Below are positions 25,601-36,600 of a DNA stretch of 57,883 nucleotides, piece after piece. The notes below the pieces were generated by a model. It was not told the origin of the DNA and ran no database searches. It saw nothing but the letters and a program-made list of their open reading frames with translations. Position 1 is the first letter of the stretch. Each line of letters starts with the position of its first letter. This DNA is from Psammoneis japonica (taxonomy: Eukaryota). The stretch is taken from positions 1-57,883 of the forward strand of contig QPGO01000316.1 of NCBI GenBank assembly GCA_008632985.1, in the 5' to 3' direction. The position numbers were made by a program, and so were the translations under genes.

Positions 25601-28600
25601 ACATGAAACCGACGCGTTCCAGCCCCAGGTGGGACTCCGTGTGACATTGGGCCCGTGGAATTCTACGTGCGAGCTACGCAGTGCGAGAATTTAATCAATG
25701 CACACATTTGTCTTCAACATCAAACAAACGGCCAAGTTTGTGGTGCAATTGTGCCTCTCGCCACTCGACTTTTTTGCAAATGCGCCTGCCCTGCGCGATT
25801 CTTAAGGCATTGTAGAATCGCGCTGTGACAAAAAATGTCAAAAGTTGTTGGACGGATCGCTCAATGAGTGCACCGTAAAATGACACAAAATGTCAAAAAA
25901 GTCACGTAAGAAATCTACGTGCGCGACACACGACGTGATTCAAAAAACTGTCGATGTCACAGTTCAGTGGCACGAGGTCCCACCTAGACCTGGAATGCGT
26001 CAACCGCGTCACTGCCCACCTTTCACTGTGCCAGCATTGGGAACCTCACTCCGGACTCTCCAGTGGAAGTGTCAGGGCAGACGGACACTGGCGCCAATTA
26101 CAGCACCACATCTCAACGACACCTGCTTGCCAACTGCCGCCGTTTTACGAATCCCAAACCTGTGAGCACAGCTTCTGCATCCGACACCACCCTCACGGCA
26201 CTGGGTGCAGGTGTGCATGCCATCCGTGATGTGGATGATCGTGAGCATGACACTCCGATGTTCTGCTGCCCTGGGCTGGGTGAAACCCTGATTTCGCCTG
26301 ATCATCTGCGCAGAGCGTCCAAAGAACAATGCAGCCAATGCCATGCTTCACACTTTCAGGATTCTGGTCACGGCACACTCACGGTGACTCATCGGGAACG
26401 CTCCCTTGTCCGGTCTTTTCCGATGGTGCACGCTAACGGCTTGTGGTTTACACCACGGCTCCGCCCCGATGTGCCTCTGACTGACGGATGCACGGAACTG
26501 GAGGGTGCAATGCGCACGTTGCAGATGCATCCACCGACATTGAGAGACCTCGGATGTGAGTTCGATGTGCCCGATCCTCCCGGCAAGTGCGAACAGCTCG
26601 ACTCGGATGCCCCATCATCCCCTGCACCCATGGACCCCATCCCCGAGCATCCCAGTGTCAGCGAGGACCCGTCCAACGTTCCCGCTCCTCACTTGTCCTC
26701 CCTTCAACGCACTGCCACCAGCAAACTGTGGCACCACCGCCTGGGTCACCCTGGCATGCACCAACTGTCACACCTCCGCTGTCATGCTGCCGGCATCCCA
26801 TCGTCCGCTGATGCCACACCTCATCCCCATCGATCATGCTCCGCATGCAATGACGCCTGGCACAGGCGTGCTCCCATGGGCACCCCACAGGATGATGCGG
26901 ACTTGGAGCCAGCGGCACGTTTCCAGATGGACTGCGGGTGTGTGCGTGCTTCAGGGCCGGACATGAAACCATGCTCGAAGAAACAACGCGAAAAGGACGG
27001 CATTGAGTGCATTGTCCAATCACGGGACGGGTGCAATTTGCACCCACTGGTTGTGGATGCTAAAACTCGGCATGCGTGGGTGTTCCTCACCCCGAGTGAG
27101 GACCCACCGATTGAACTGGTGGACGCTTTCCCAGCTTGGCACAAGTGCACTGCTGGCACATGCACGGTCAGGGCAGATCAAGGTGGGGAACTGGCCCACT
27201 CTGAGGAATTCCGGAAGGTTTGTTTGAAACACGACTGTGTCGTGGAGCCTGCCGGTGTGGATGCCCCGTGGCAGAATGGCAGGGTCGAGATTTTGAATCG
27301 CACTTTCGGCATCATGGTGCGAGCTCTGCTGTGCTCATCGGGTCTCCCGGCCACCTGCTGGGCTGATGCCCTCACTCATGCGGTGTATCTCAAGAACCAG
27401 CTGTGGCACTCGGCCATCGATGTGACTCCACACCAGGCATGGACGGGTGAAGTTCCGGACTTGTCACATCTCCGGGCATTTGGATCTCGCATGTGCGCTC
27501 GGCGTCCTGGGAAACCGGCTGCCAAATTGGACAAACATGCCTTCCACGGTGTCTTTGTTGGACACTCGGCTACGGACGGTGACGTGCGACATGTGGACAC
27601 CACATCCGGATGCGAGAAGTCTACTCCACACGCCACGCATGATGAGGCACACTTCACTCAACCCATTGGACCTCCTGGTCCTCAACTCTTGTTTGATCTT
27701 GGCATCCAACAGGTTGCGCCTCCATCCCCGACTCCCCACAAGCCAGCGGCCCCAGCACCACACCCCCCCTTGTGCTCAACAAAGGCTTGTCTCCACCCCC
27801 CCCGATGAGCCCACTTCAGGGTTTGCCGCTTGGAGAAACTGCGCTGTTCTCCGATGACAACTGTCACACGATGGCTGCTGCTTTTGCATCCAAGGACCCC
27901 GTCACCCCCGATTCTGTTGCTGCTGTTGCGATGTCCTTCGATCCATGCGATGACTCATTTGATGTGATGTTGCCTGGCCGTGGGTCTCGCAAACCTAGAC
28001 TGGGTTTTGAGTTTAACTGTGATCCCCAATGCCATCGCCTGCAACTCCGTCACTGTCGCCCTGGATCACAGGCAGCGCGGATCCCACGATGGCGATCCGA
28101 ACTCCGACGCTCGTGCCTCATCGCAGTCAACACCCAGCCTGTCCACGATTTTACTGACCTCGACCGCGTTTTAGCCACCATCAATCCGGCTGCTCAGGAT
28201 GTTGTGCTCCGCTTTGCCCACGACTGCCGGTCACCGACATTGGATTCTGCGGGATTGCCACAACCATTTTTGGACCAGATCAACCATGTCTGCCATCAGC
28301 TCGACTCCATCCATGACCCTGCTCTTCCTTCATTGTACAAGCTCACACGCCGGAAACTCCAGACGCAGGAAGATTGGCCCGACTGGGAATCGGGTGAATT
28401 CAAACAGCTCGACATGTGCAACAGCCAAGGCATGTTTGGGGATCCCATTCCTGCCCCTCAGGGAGCTGCGGTCTTCCCATGGGTGTGGTCACACTTGGTT
28501 AAGAACGATGCGGCCTGCACCAAGAAGGCCCGTGGAGTCTGCGATGGCAGCCCTAGAGCTGGCTTTGTCCAAACACTGGCCCAGACATGTGCCGCATCTG

Positions 28601-30009
28601 TTGAGCAACCTGGCACTCACCTGTTCTTCACTTTGGCCGCCCTTAAAAACAAACGGGTGTGCGGCACAGATGTCAGCAATGCCTTCACTGAAGCTCCTCC
28701 TCCTGAGCAACGGTTCTACATGAGAGTGGATGAAGTTTTCCAAAACTGGTGGACCAAACACCTGGGTCGCCCTCCCATCCCCGAGGGCTGTGCACTGCCT
28801 GTGCTGAGCGCTCTCCAGGGTCACCCCGAATCTCCCCATTTGTGGAGCATGCATGTGGACAAGATCATCCGTGAACACCTCCATCTTGTCCCAACCACCC
28901 ACGAACCATGCATCTACAGCGGTGCAGTGAACGGCGAAGAGGCGCCATTTCTGCGTCAAGTCGATGATTTCGCCATTGCAACGGACTCGGATGCCACACA
29001 TCAACACATGTGCGACATTGTGGATGAACATCTCACCGGTGGTAAGATTGAACATCAGGGCTTGCTCACCCTGTTTCTTGGTTGTGATGTGGAACAGACA
29101 AAAGACTGCATCCGGCCACACAGCACCTCCTGCATCAAACGGATCTTGGCCAACTGTGCTTTCCTGACCGACGACAACCTCGGCCCGCCTCCCGCCATCC
29201 CGATGCCCGGCGATGCCTCCTGCTCCAAATCCCTTGATGAGGCTCCCACTCCAACTGACTCCAAGGCATCCAAGACCCTCCAACAACAACAGGGTTTCTC
29301 TTGCCGGAAGGCCGTCGGCGAATTGACATGGGCCATGGTCACCACCCGCGTGGATCTCAGCTGCTCGATCACCAAGCTGAGTCAGTTCGGCTCTAATCCT
29401 GGACAACTGCACTGTGAAGGTGTGAAGCATTCTCTCCAGCACCTCAAGCATCACCCCGATTTCGCACTCACATGCTGGCGTCAACAACCTGACACGACGC
29501 TCCCCTGTGCTCCTCCTCCACCTCCGATGACTGTGCCCCATGACCGAGTGCCACTGCCCCCTCAGGCTTCATCTCCTGCCGAGCTTGGCTGCCGACATCC
29601 AACACCGCCGCTCGATTGCGGCATTGCGTTTCTCCCAGCCGGAGCTGCAATCGCATGGAAGACCAGAGTGCAGCCGACTGTGTCAACCTCTTCATCGGAA
29701 GCTGAGTTTGTTGCTGCATCGGACGCCGGAAAAATGGCACTTTGTCTCCGGTCTATCATGGATGAACTGTCGGTCCCCCAGATGCAAGCTACATCAGCAC
29801 ACGAAGACAATGATGCATCCCACAAGATGGCCACCGCAAGCCAACCCACACGCCGCACCCGCCACATTGACATCCGCCATTTCGCTCTTCAAGACTGGGT
29901 CGAACGCGACTCAGTTCGACTGGATCGCATTGACACATCAGCAAATTGCAGTGACATGCTCACCAAGAATGTGGCACGCATCTTGTTTTTCTGCCATTTG
30001 GTGCGTTGA
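22631..30009 (+). pseudogene. Frameshifted, hypermutated gag-pol of the copia element
   Basis: Gag zinc-knuckle-like CDACVACGHSHCSC (~24930); protease DTGAN (~26085); integrase WHHRLGHPG..CSAC, RADQGGE, PWQNGRVE; RT LQGHPES, LRQVDDF; RNase H EAEFVAA, HEDN, RHIDIRHF, DMLTK. Several frameshifts, a MITE insertion and an apparent deletion of the first RNase H Asp motif. Confidence 0.9.
25611..26001. mobile_element. 391-bp MITE, copy 1 (inside the copia; partly hypermutated)
   Basis: TIRs GACGCGTTCCAGCCCCAGGTGGG / CCCACCTAGACCTGGAATGCGTC and 4-bp TSD AACC. Inverted homolog of 50762-51152. Confidence 0.95.
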
Positions 30010-30128
30010 GTGGACGCAACCGTCCCCTTTGTGTGCGGGATGGCAGCAACGACACACCACTGCACTGTTCACTGGAAGAACAGTGCACCCAGACTCACAG
30101 GGGTCACGATTCTCCTGGTGTGGGGGGG

Positions 30129-30175
30129 TCTCAGTGGATCGTGTCATTCCTACTTAGATACAGGGATCTCTATCA
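30129..30175 (+). repeat. 3' LTR (47 bp)
   Basis: tctcagtggatcgtgtcattcctacttagatacagggatctctatca, preceded by GGGGGGG (30122-30128) and followed by the TSD AATGG. Confidence 0.9.
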
Positions 30176-30483
30176 AATGGTTTCAGGGGAAAACGATTCC
30201 TTGAGGCGTCGGTGGAGCAGAGAAGCACGGTAGAAGCACGAGAAAAAAATCGGCCCAAACCCTAATTTTTATAATTTTTTCTACGTAAAATTTCTACGTG
30301 ATTTTTGTACCAGTGCACATGGCTTCTTTGCGTCTGTACGACGTGCGACACACCTTGAGCCTATGGTTCGTCGTCGTTCGTGAACAAAAGTTCGAGTGAG
30401 ACACCATGAGATTCTTCATCTGAGGGGGGGAGAATAGCACCTAGGAACTGACACGACGATGCAACACATTACCGGTAACCACG

Positions 30484-31600
30484 ATGACCAGAGATGATGT
30501 CCCCAGAGATGAGACGCTCAAGGCCGAAGAAGTATCAGCCAGCTCGGCGGTGTCTGATGCGCTGCGCAAAACGCGTTTTCTGTGTATGTTCACGCTTGGC
30601 GACGCGCAGCATACGGTAGAGACAAGAATGAAGAATGTGAATTTTGAGTCATGTTGGATATGCAAAGGCAGAGTACCACCTCCAATTTGTCTTTGGAACA
30701 AAGTTTGATGACGGGATGCTTTCGTGTGAAATCAAGCTCATCGATTGGAGACTCCAGTAGTTTCGCACGCTGATCTTACAGTTGGATGAAACGAACATTG
30801 ATTCTCTATTATCTTGATTTTGAGGGTAGAGTTTCATTTGAAGAATTTACAAGAGGGTCTCTTGCTCCCTTCCAATCTATTACAATGTTCTTTGTCGCTC
30901 AAATGACAAACATCCCGAGCAACCACTTGCGCGTCCTTGATAGAACTGTGATTGAGTGTAAGCCGATTCAGGTTGAACGATGGCCAATCGTCTTTGCTGC
31001 ATATATGCAAAATCGCAAAACAAGAAGCCATGGATTTTTGGATTTTAATTTGAGGACTGGGTCGAAGCTACTTGACGGCTCAATGTCTTTGTATCGTGAC
31101 GACGTGTCTGGGTGGCAGTTGGCTCGGCCATCAAGCGAGTAAATGTGTATCCATTCGACTTGTTCGAGGACGAGGATACAATTTGCCAGAAATCCAGAGA
31201 AAAAAGGAAGAAGCGCACTCCAATGTTATCTTTATTTCATCACTTGTCTGGCTTAGAAATATTAAGGTTGGAATCTCAACCCGAGCCCTCTCGAGTCCTT
31301 TTGGAAACTGTCGATCCCTTCCTTTACGGAGAATATTACGAGAAAATGGCACAAAACAAAGCACGGATCAAGCACATTACCAGTATATGCGCGTGTGTCT
31401 GGTCATTTCTCTGCGCCAATCCAACGAGTTTCACAGCAGCTTTCATCACGAATTGGCGAAGAGATACTCCAAATTGAGACAAAAGAAGACGCTCTCGACA
31501 TCTCACGTAACTGTATGCACATTGGATACGTCTGCATATATGATTTGCCCAATCATCGAAAGATGCGGCACAAGATTGAAGGAAAGGGGAGTTTCCAAGT
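30484..31600 (+). pseudogene. Fragmented unknown gene, part of the duplicated LRR unit
   Basis: Successive ORFs 30484-30708, 30786-31142 and 31112-31477 in shifting frames. A homologous copy at ~50240-52700 is interrupted by two transposons. Confidence 0.45.
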
Positions 31601-32190
31601 AAGTAGCTCTCTGCTTTGCTAAAGGTATCTGTCATATGTAAGAAGGCGCATAGATACAATCTGAATCGCGTCCAAAAAGAACTAAAAGGATAGTAACGTG
31701 CATCTGAGGTACTATCGCTGTGCATTTACACAACTTACGCACTAGTGATTCTGCGGCTATGTTGCTCTGAAATAGATCATTTTCGTGTCGTGAAACGTCG
31801 CTGCGGTGATACATGCTCGTCGGGAAACGCAACGTGGCTTTCGGGACGACGAGACAATGAGAGGAAGGTGCGATAGACCTGTAACAAGCATTTCTACTAT
31901 TGTGCCCTACTAGGGCTTCTGTTGGATGGCGATACCATACGACAACTGCTTCCACAGAGAATCCAGCTGCAGATTCTTGAATCGTCGCGATTGTCTTTTA
32001 CGAGGAAAGCTGGTGTTTCATTGAGTAAGACATTGGTTGAATAGAAAGGGCACAGCTACAATCTGAATGGCATCAATTGGATAGTCATTGGGTCTAGAGC
32101 AAGCGCGTTCATAGAAAGCTACATTGTGCTATTCCACAAGTAGTCGAATTGAGACCGCTGTGTGTTTAAAAGAAATCAACATAGAACAAA

Positions 32191-33360
32191 CTATTCCTCG
32201 CAAGCTCTCTTGGTTCCTCTTATTTCGACTCGTTTCTTTACAAAGTTCGGGTTGTGCTTCAAGAACCAAAATATAAAGTTCTCGTCGCTTCGGCGACCCG
32301 CCAAGACGTGCGGCCAGAGAGCATCAGGAACTCCACTTTCTCGACGCAGCAGGTGTCGTCCGGCCTTGTTCATTTCACAGTAGCAGTCCATTTCACCTTG
32401 AGACTCATTGGTGGGCATTTGAACACTTTCAACCGAATACGAAGCCTCGCCGATTTCTTTGGGCGAAACAGTGAGCGCAAAACAACGCCACAAGCTTAGA
32501 CTTTTGAGACACGGCAGCACTAGAACTTCTTTGCTAACTTGAGTCAATTGCTTACAGCCCTTCAAACTCAGCCCCTCTAGGTTTCGAAGTGATCCCAATG
32601 CAGGAGGCAGCTCTTCAAGACCACGACAACCGCACAAATCCAAGTTTGTCAGATTCAAGAAACTGCTTGTGCCAATGTTTTGAAAGAATTCTTGTAGTGT
32701 GCAATGCAACAAGCCATACAAAGAGAGAGTTTTCAGCTTCGACAGCTGACCAATCTCAACAGGAATTTCAGTGAGACATTTGCAATGACAAAGGTCGAGG
32801 TCTTCCAATTGATGCAACTGTCCAATTCCCGGGGGCAGCCGAGTGAGAGATCTGCAACAGGACAAAAACCTTTTCAAACTTCTTAAACGGAAAATGTCAC
32901 TTGGCAACCCCACGAGACTTCCACATTCTGACAAGTTCAACACCTCAAGACGGAAGAGCCGATGCAAACTACGAGGCAGTCGTTCAAGCTTGTCGCAACA
33001 AGACAATGACAATTCCTTCAAGCTTGTCAATCGTCCAATTTCATCAGGCAACTCGGTCAGTCTACTGCAACATGAAAGGTTCAACACTTCGAGTTTTGTC
33101 AATCGCCCAATTTCTGGAGGCAGTCGCTGGAGATTTACACAATACCTCAAGTTCAACTCCACCAGTCGGTGCAACATGCCGATCTCGGCTGGCAATTCAA
33201 CCAACCGAAGGCAATGCTGCGCACGAATTTCTCTGGCATTGGCGAATCCTTCGTGTTCTGGTTCATTTTCGAAACGAACCCACAATGAAAAACATTTCTC
33301 TGACAGATCTGTAGCTCGTACCATTGCACTCCGGATTCTAGCAGATGCATCGTCGTCCAT
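32191..33360 (-). CDS. Leucine-rich repeat protein (24-aa plant-NLR-like LRRs, diatom-type C-terminal motif), copy A
   Basis: About 10 repeats of LxxLxxLxLxxCxxLxxLPxxIG and C-terminus YCEMNKAGRHLLRR..LWPHVL..IFWFLKHNP. ATG MDDDASAR at 33360 matches the start of copy C. Confidence 0.85.
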   Translation of the reverse strand: MDDDASARIRSAMVRATDLSEKCFSLWVRFENEPEHEGFANAREIRAQHCLRLVELPAEIGMLHRLVELNLRYCVNLQRLPPEIGRLTKLEVLNLSCCSRLTELPDEIGRLTSLKELSLSCCDKLERLPRSLHRLFRLEVLNLSECGSLVGLPSDIFRLRSLKRFLSCCRSLTRLPPGIGQLHQLEDLDLCHCKCLTEIPVEIGQLSKLKTLSLYGLLHCTLQEFFQNIGTSSFLNLTNLDLCGCRGLEELPPALGSLRNLEGLSLKGCKQLTQVSKEVLVLPCLKSLSLWRCFALTVSPKEIGEASYSVESVQMPTNESQGEMDCYCEMNKAGRHLLRRESGVPDALWPHVLAGRRSDENFIFWFLKHNPNFVKKRVEIRGTKRACEE

Positions 33361-33689
33361 TGTGAAGCAATGTCGAACTGGATGCGCACCGTCTTTCACA
33401 AAAAAATAAAGATCTCACGAGTCAGACGATGAACGCAAACATTTGATGGTGACTGTTATCGACAGTGACGGCGTGTTATGACAGCGAACGTACAGTGCGC
33501 TGCCTTGTGAGTCGCTCAATGTCAAATGGTTTGTTTCATGTTTTCTGTGTTGTCGATTTTATTTTGTCGATTGAACAACAGAGCATTTTGCACGGAGGAA
33601 GGCCAGACGAATTGACATGCGAACTGGCGTACCGTATGGCGAGCGGGCTGACTGCATGTTAGTTGGAGCTTTGCGCATGCGGCTTCCCG

Positions 33690-36600
33690 ACTGGTTTGCG
33701 CCCAGTCTCACCGAACTCAACTCACTGCATGGATTACAAACACATGTCTTTTGTCATTTTTACTGCTCTTGCCGTGTTCACTGGGTGTGGAAGCTAAAAA
33801 GTGGGAACAAGCCTCATGAGAGCAACACAAAGAACGCAGGTTCACCGCACCATTGTTTGTTCTCAGCACGTCGCACACTTCAACACTGTCTGTCTGTTCT
33901 TCTTTGACTGCCTCTCACCCTGACATTCCAACACACTCCTTCACATGAGCCATCCATTGATTGGCCTCATGTGTGTCTGTCCTGGGTGGATGACAGTTGG
34001 AAATCATGCCACCCAACACCATGTTGGCTGCTGCTCCGCCGACATTCTCGTGTCCCAAGTCATCTGATGCAGCTGACGAATCATCGCCAGCCATCACCTT
34101 CTTTGAGCAAAGGGCAGTTCTTCTTAGCATGCCCCATCTTGCCACCTTTTCCAGCACATCAGCTGCTTCTTCTTGCCTTCTGCAAAACTTGCATCCCAGG
34201 GTTTCTTGTTGGCACAACACGTGTTCAACACCTGCAGCAGTGCCTCCCAACTGTTGTCAACCCCAAATGTGAGCTGCCTGTGCAGGTCTTCCAAAACAAA
34301 GCAATGTCCCTTGGTGCCTTCCATCAGCAGAGCCACCAATGACTTGTTCCTTTCCTTGTTCTGGGTGTCATCAGAGAGGCGAGAAAGGGCACATGAGTCA
34401 CAGGGCATCATTTGGCACTTTGGCCCAGTGAGTGCGCTCTCAGATTTGTTGCATCAGCCTGTCTCTGATTGAAACACATGATGCTTGATTGTTGGCAGTT
34501 GACCTTTTTTGTTTGTTCTCCACATTTTCATTCAGCAAGCACGTGACTGTTGCCCCATGACCAAATCATTTCATTTTTTGTCACATCTTGGCTCATGTGA
34601 CAACAGTCGCCGCGTGACTGTCCGGCGTCATTTTGCTCAAATCTGCAAAGTTGCATTTGATTGTTGCTGTGGACATTTCCACTTGGCAGTTTCTTGAAAA
34701 TGTCAAATGAAATTTGTGCACTCACCAAAGTTTTTCACATTGCACATTGACATGCTTGGTTGTCAGGGCAACATCCAGAGCAAGGCGACAGCGAATCCGG
34801 CACTCGTCCATTGTGTGAAGCAACCAACACTGCAGTGCGTTTGTCTTTTCTGCAACACTTCTATGTGATTTCTCTTGTTGTCAACTTTTTCTTGCTTTGT
34901 GAAGTTCAACAAATGCAATGTCAACACAGTGATTTCCCTCAAAAACCCACTTGGTCTCCTCTTTGTGTGAAATGACTTCCGCGGCAATTTTTTGTCCTTT
35001 CCATGAGAGTTCTGCACAAAATTCACCCTGTCAACTGTTGCATTCTTTGTTTTCACCACATCAATGGGGTGAGATTTGCATGCCCAATGGTGGCGTGTGG
35101 AGAAATCTGCTGAGCACCATGGTGACTCCCGTTTGACTCAGTTCAAGAATGGTGGCACAGAGGAACAAGCATCAGGCCCCCTCTTCCAGTGATTCTGAAG
35201 ACTCAGCTGGTGATGAAAAAGAGGGAGGTCATTTCTTCTGACCAACCACAGTGCAGCACAGGGAACACAGAATTGCCTCTGGTGGTGACTCTCTTTGTGA
35301 ATGATTCCCGGACTGTGTCATTCATGCACACAGTCACAAATGTTCAAAATGTTTTTGAAACTCAGGGGTGCAATTTTAAATCCATTCTGCTTTTTCAAGT
35401 CAAGAGAAAACACAAAAAGGGAAAGCCAGCTTGCAACAGTGTGCAAAGCAGTGCTGGCCACCACAGCAAGTGCAGGCAAACATGCACAACACAAAAGGCA
35501 ATGATCAAACATTGCAGCTGTGGCTCAGAGACAGACACCAGCCTGAGCAAGTGGACAGCCAATGATGAAAAGGTTGGCAGAGACATCATCAAGATGAGAG
35601 ATCATGTCCAAAGAAAAAGCGTTTGTGAGCATCACACTCATGTTTGGTGCAAAGCAATTGAGTTGGACAAAACAGGCATGCTGCATGGCAAAAACAAGAT
35701 CAGCTGCAAGTGTTGCTGGGTGTTGATGTTGAGCAAGATTTAAACTGATGCAAGCAGCACAGCATTGTGCCATTTCCAATGACACAAGGGCATGACAAGA
35801 TGAAGGAGCAACTCTCAGCTCTGACAGAAGTTGTGAATGAGCTTGAGAGCATTGCTGACAAGGGGCTCACAGAAAGGAGATTGTTGCAGAAAAGAGAAAG
35901 TGTGCACCAAGCAGCTTGAGCCCAGCAAAGGAAGGCACAGGGAGATGATGCAAGATGCCAAGGAAAAGCAAGGGACATGGCCGCCAAGAGCCAACAAGTT
36001 CTTTGAAGAGCCGGTCAAGGAGATCAAATGAGACATGATCACAAGTGAGTGATTTGGTTGATGGGGAGATTTGTGTTGAACAACAGCAGCCAGCCATGGA
36101 AAGCAGGGAGGTGAAGGACTTGAGAACTTGGGTGCTGAGGGAGACCACATGGCCAGCTGCACCAAGATCTACAAACTGGAGTTGATGGTGGTTTGACAGA
36201 TAAAAACCTGTGAGTGGCATTGTTTTCATTTTTCAATGTGAGATTCCATGGCAACACTCAATTGCAGAAGCTGCACCTTAGATGGCAACTGTCCAATTGA
36301 GCATTTTGTGTGGGCATCAACTTGCTGATTTGTGCCAAACTTGTTGGTTTGACCTCTTCTTGGTTGGAAAACTTGGGGACATTTGTTGGAAAGCAAAGGA
36401 CATTTGCTCACTTCAAATCACACCAATTTGTCATGAACAGGTGTGGTTTGTGATGAATTGGATCACAAATGAGTTCATGTGCTTGCACTCACAAACTTTT
36501 TCTCTGACCATTGTCTGCTTGTCAGCCAGCTGCCAGGAGGATTCATAAATTCAGGCCCCCAATGGATGTCAGCATCCAACCTGCACCCTTTTTCTTTCTT

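Larger units (their letters stand above)
21780..30135. other. TpA-depleted (TA->TG/CA hypermutated) domain 1; CpG largely retained
   Basis: TA is very rare across ~8.3 kb and ORFs here almost lack Tyr. TA reappears abruptly at 30151 (TACTTAGATAC) and left of ~21775. Confidence 0.9.
22275..30175 (+). mobile_element. Full-length, defective Ty1/copia (CoDi-like) LTR retrotransposon
   Basis: 5-bp TSD AATGG (22270-22274 and 30176-30180), two 47-bp LTRs, PBS-like GGTCATGAGC after the 5' LTR, G7 polypurine tract before the 3' LTR, and PR-IN-RT-RH domain order. Confidence 0.95.
21930..30325. mobile_element. Older element with imperfect long inverted arms (~21930-22045 and ~30220-30325), into which the copia inserted
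   Basis: Left-arm modules gccatgtgca, agggtttgggccgatt, tggtgcaaaactcacgcagaaa and tcgtgcttttcccgtgctt match the reverse complement of the right arm (two modules in swapped order). Outer termini and TSD not found. Confidence 0.5.

Noticed and set aside
28950..28970. RT motif RQVDD instead of YVDD as a hypermutation product
   Set aside because: The Gln codon CAA cannot arise from TAY by one TA->CA change. The second remnant has the equivalent WQVED, and I recall RQVDD as native to this diatom copia lineage.
22631..30009. Alternative genetic code or a foreign TA-avoiding donor
   Set aside because: TA loss is frame-independent, includes non-coding DNA and affects host-derived duplicates. Neighbouring genes use Tyr normally.
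22275..30175. ADAR or APOBEC editing of the retroelement as the cause of TA loss
   Set aside because: Changes occur on both strands, differ between the LTRs, extend outside the element, and affect a DNA MITE and host pseudogenes.
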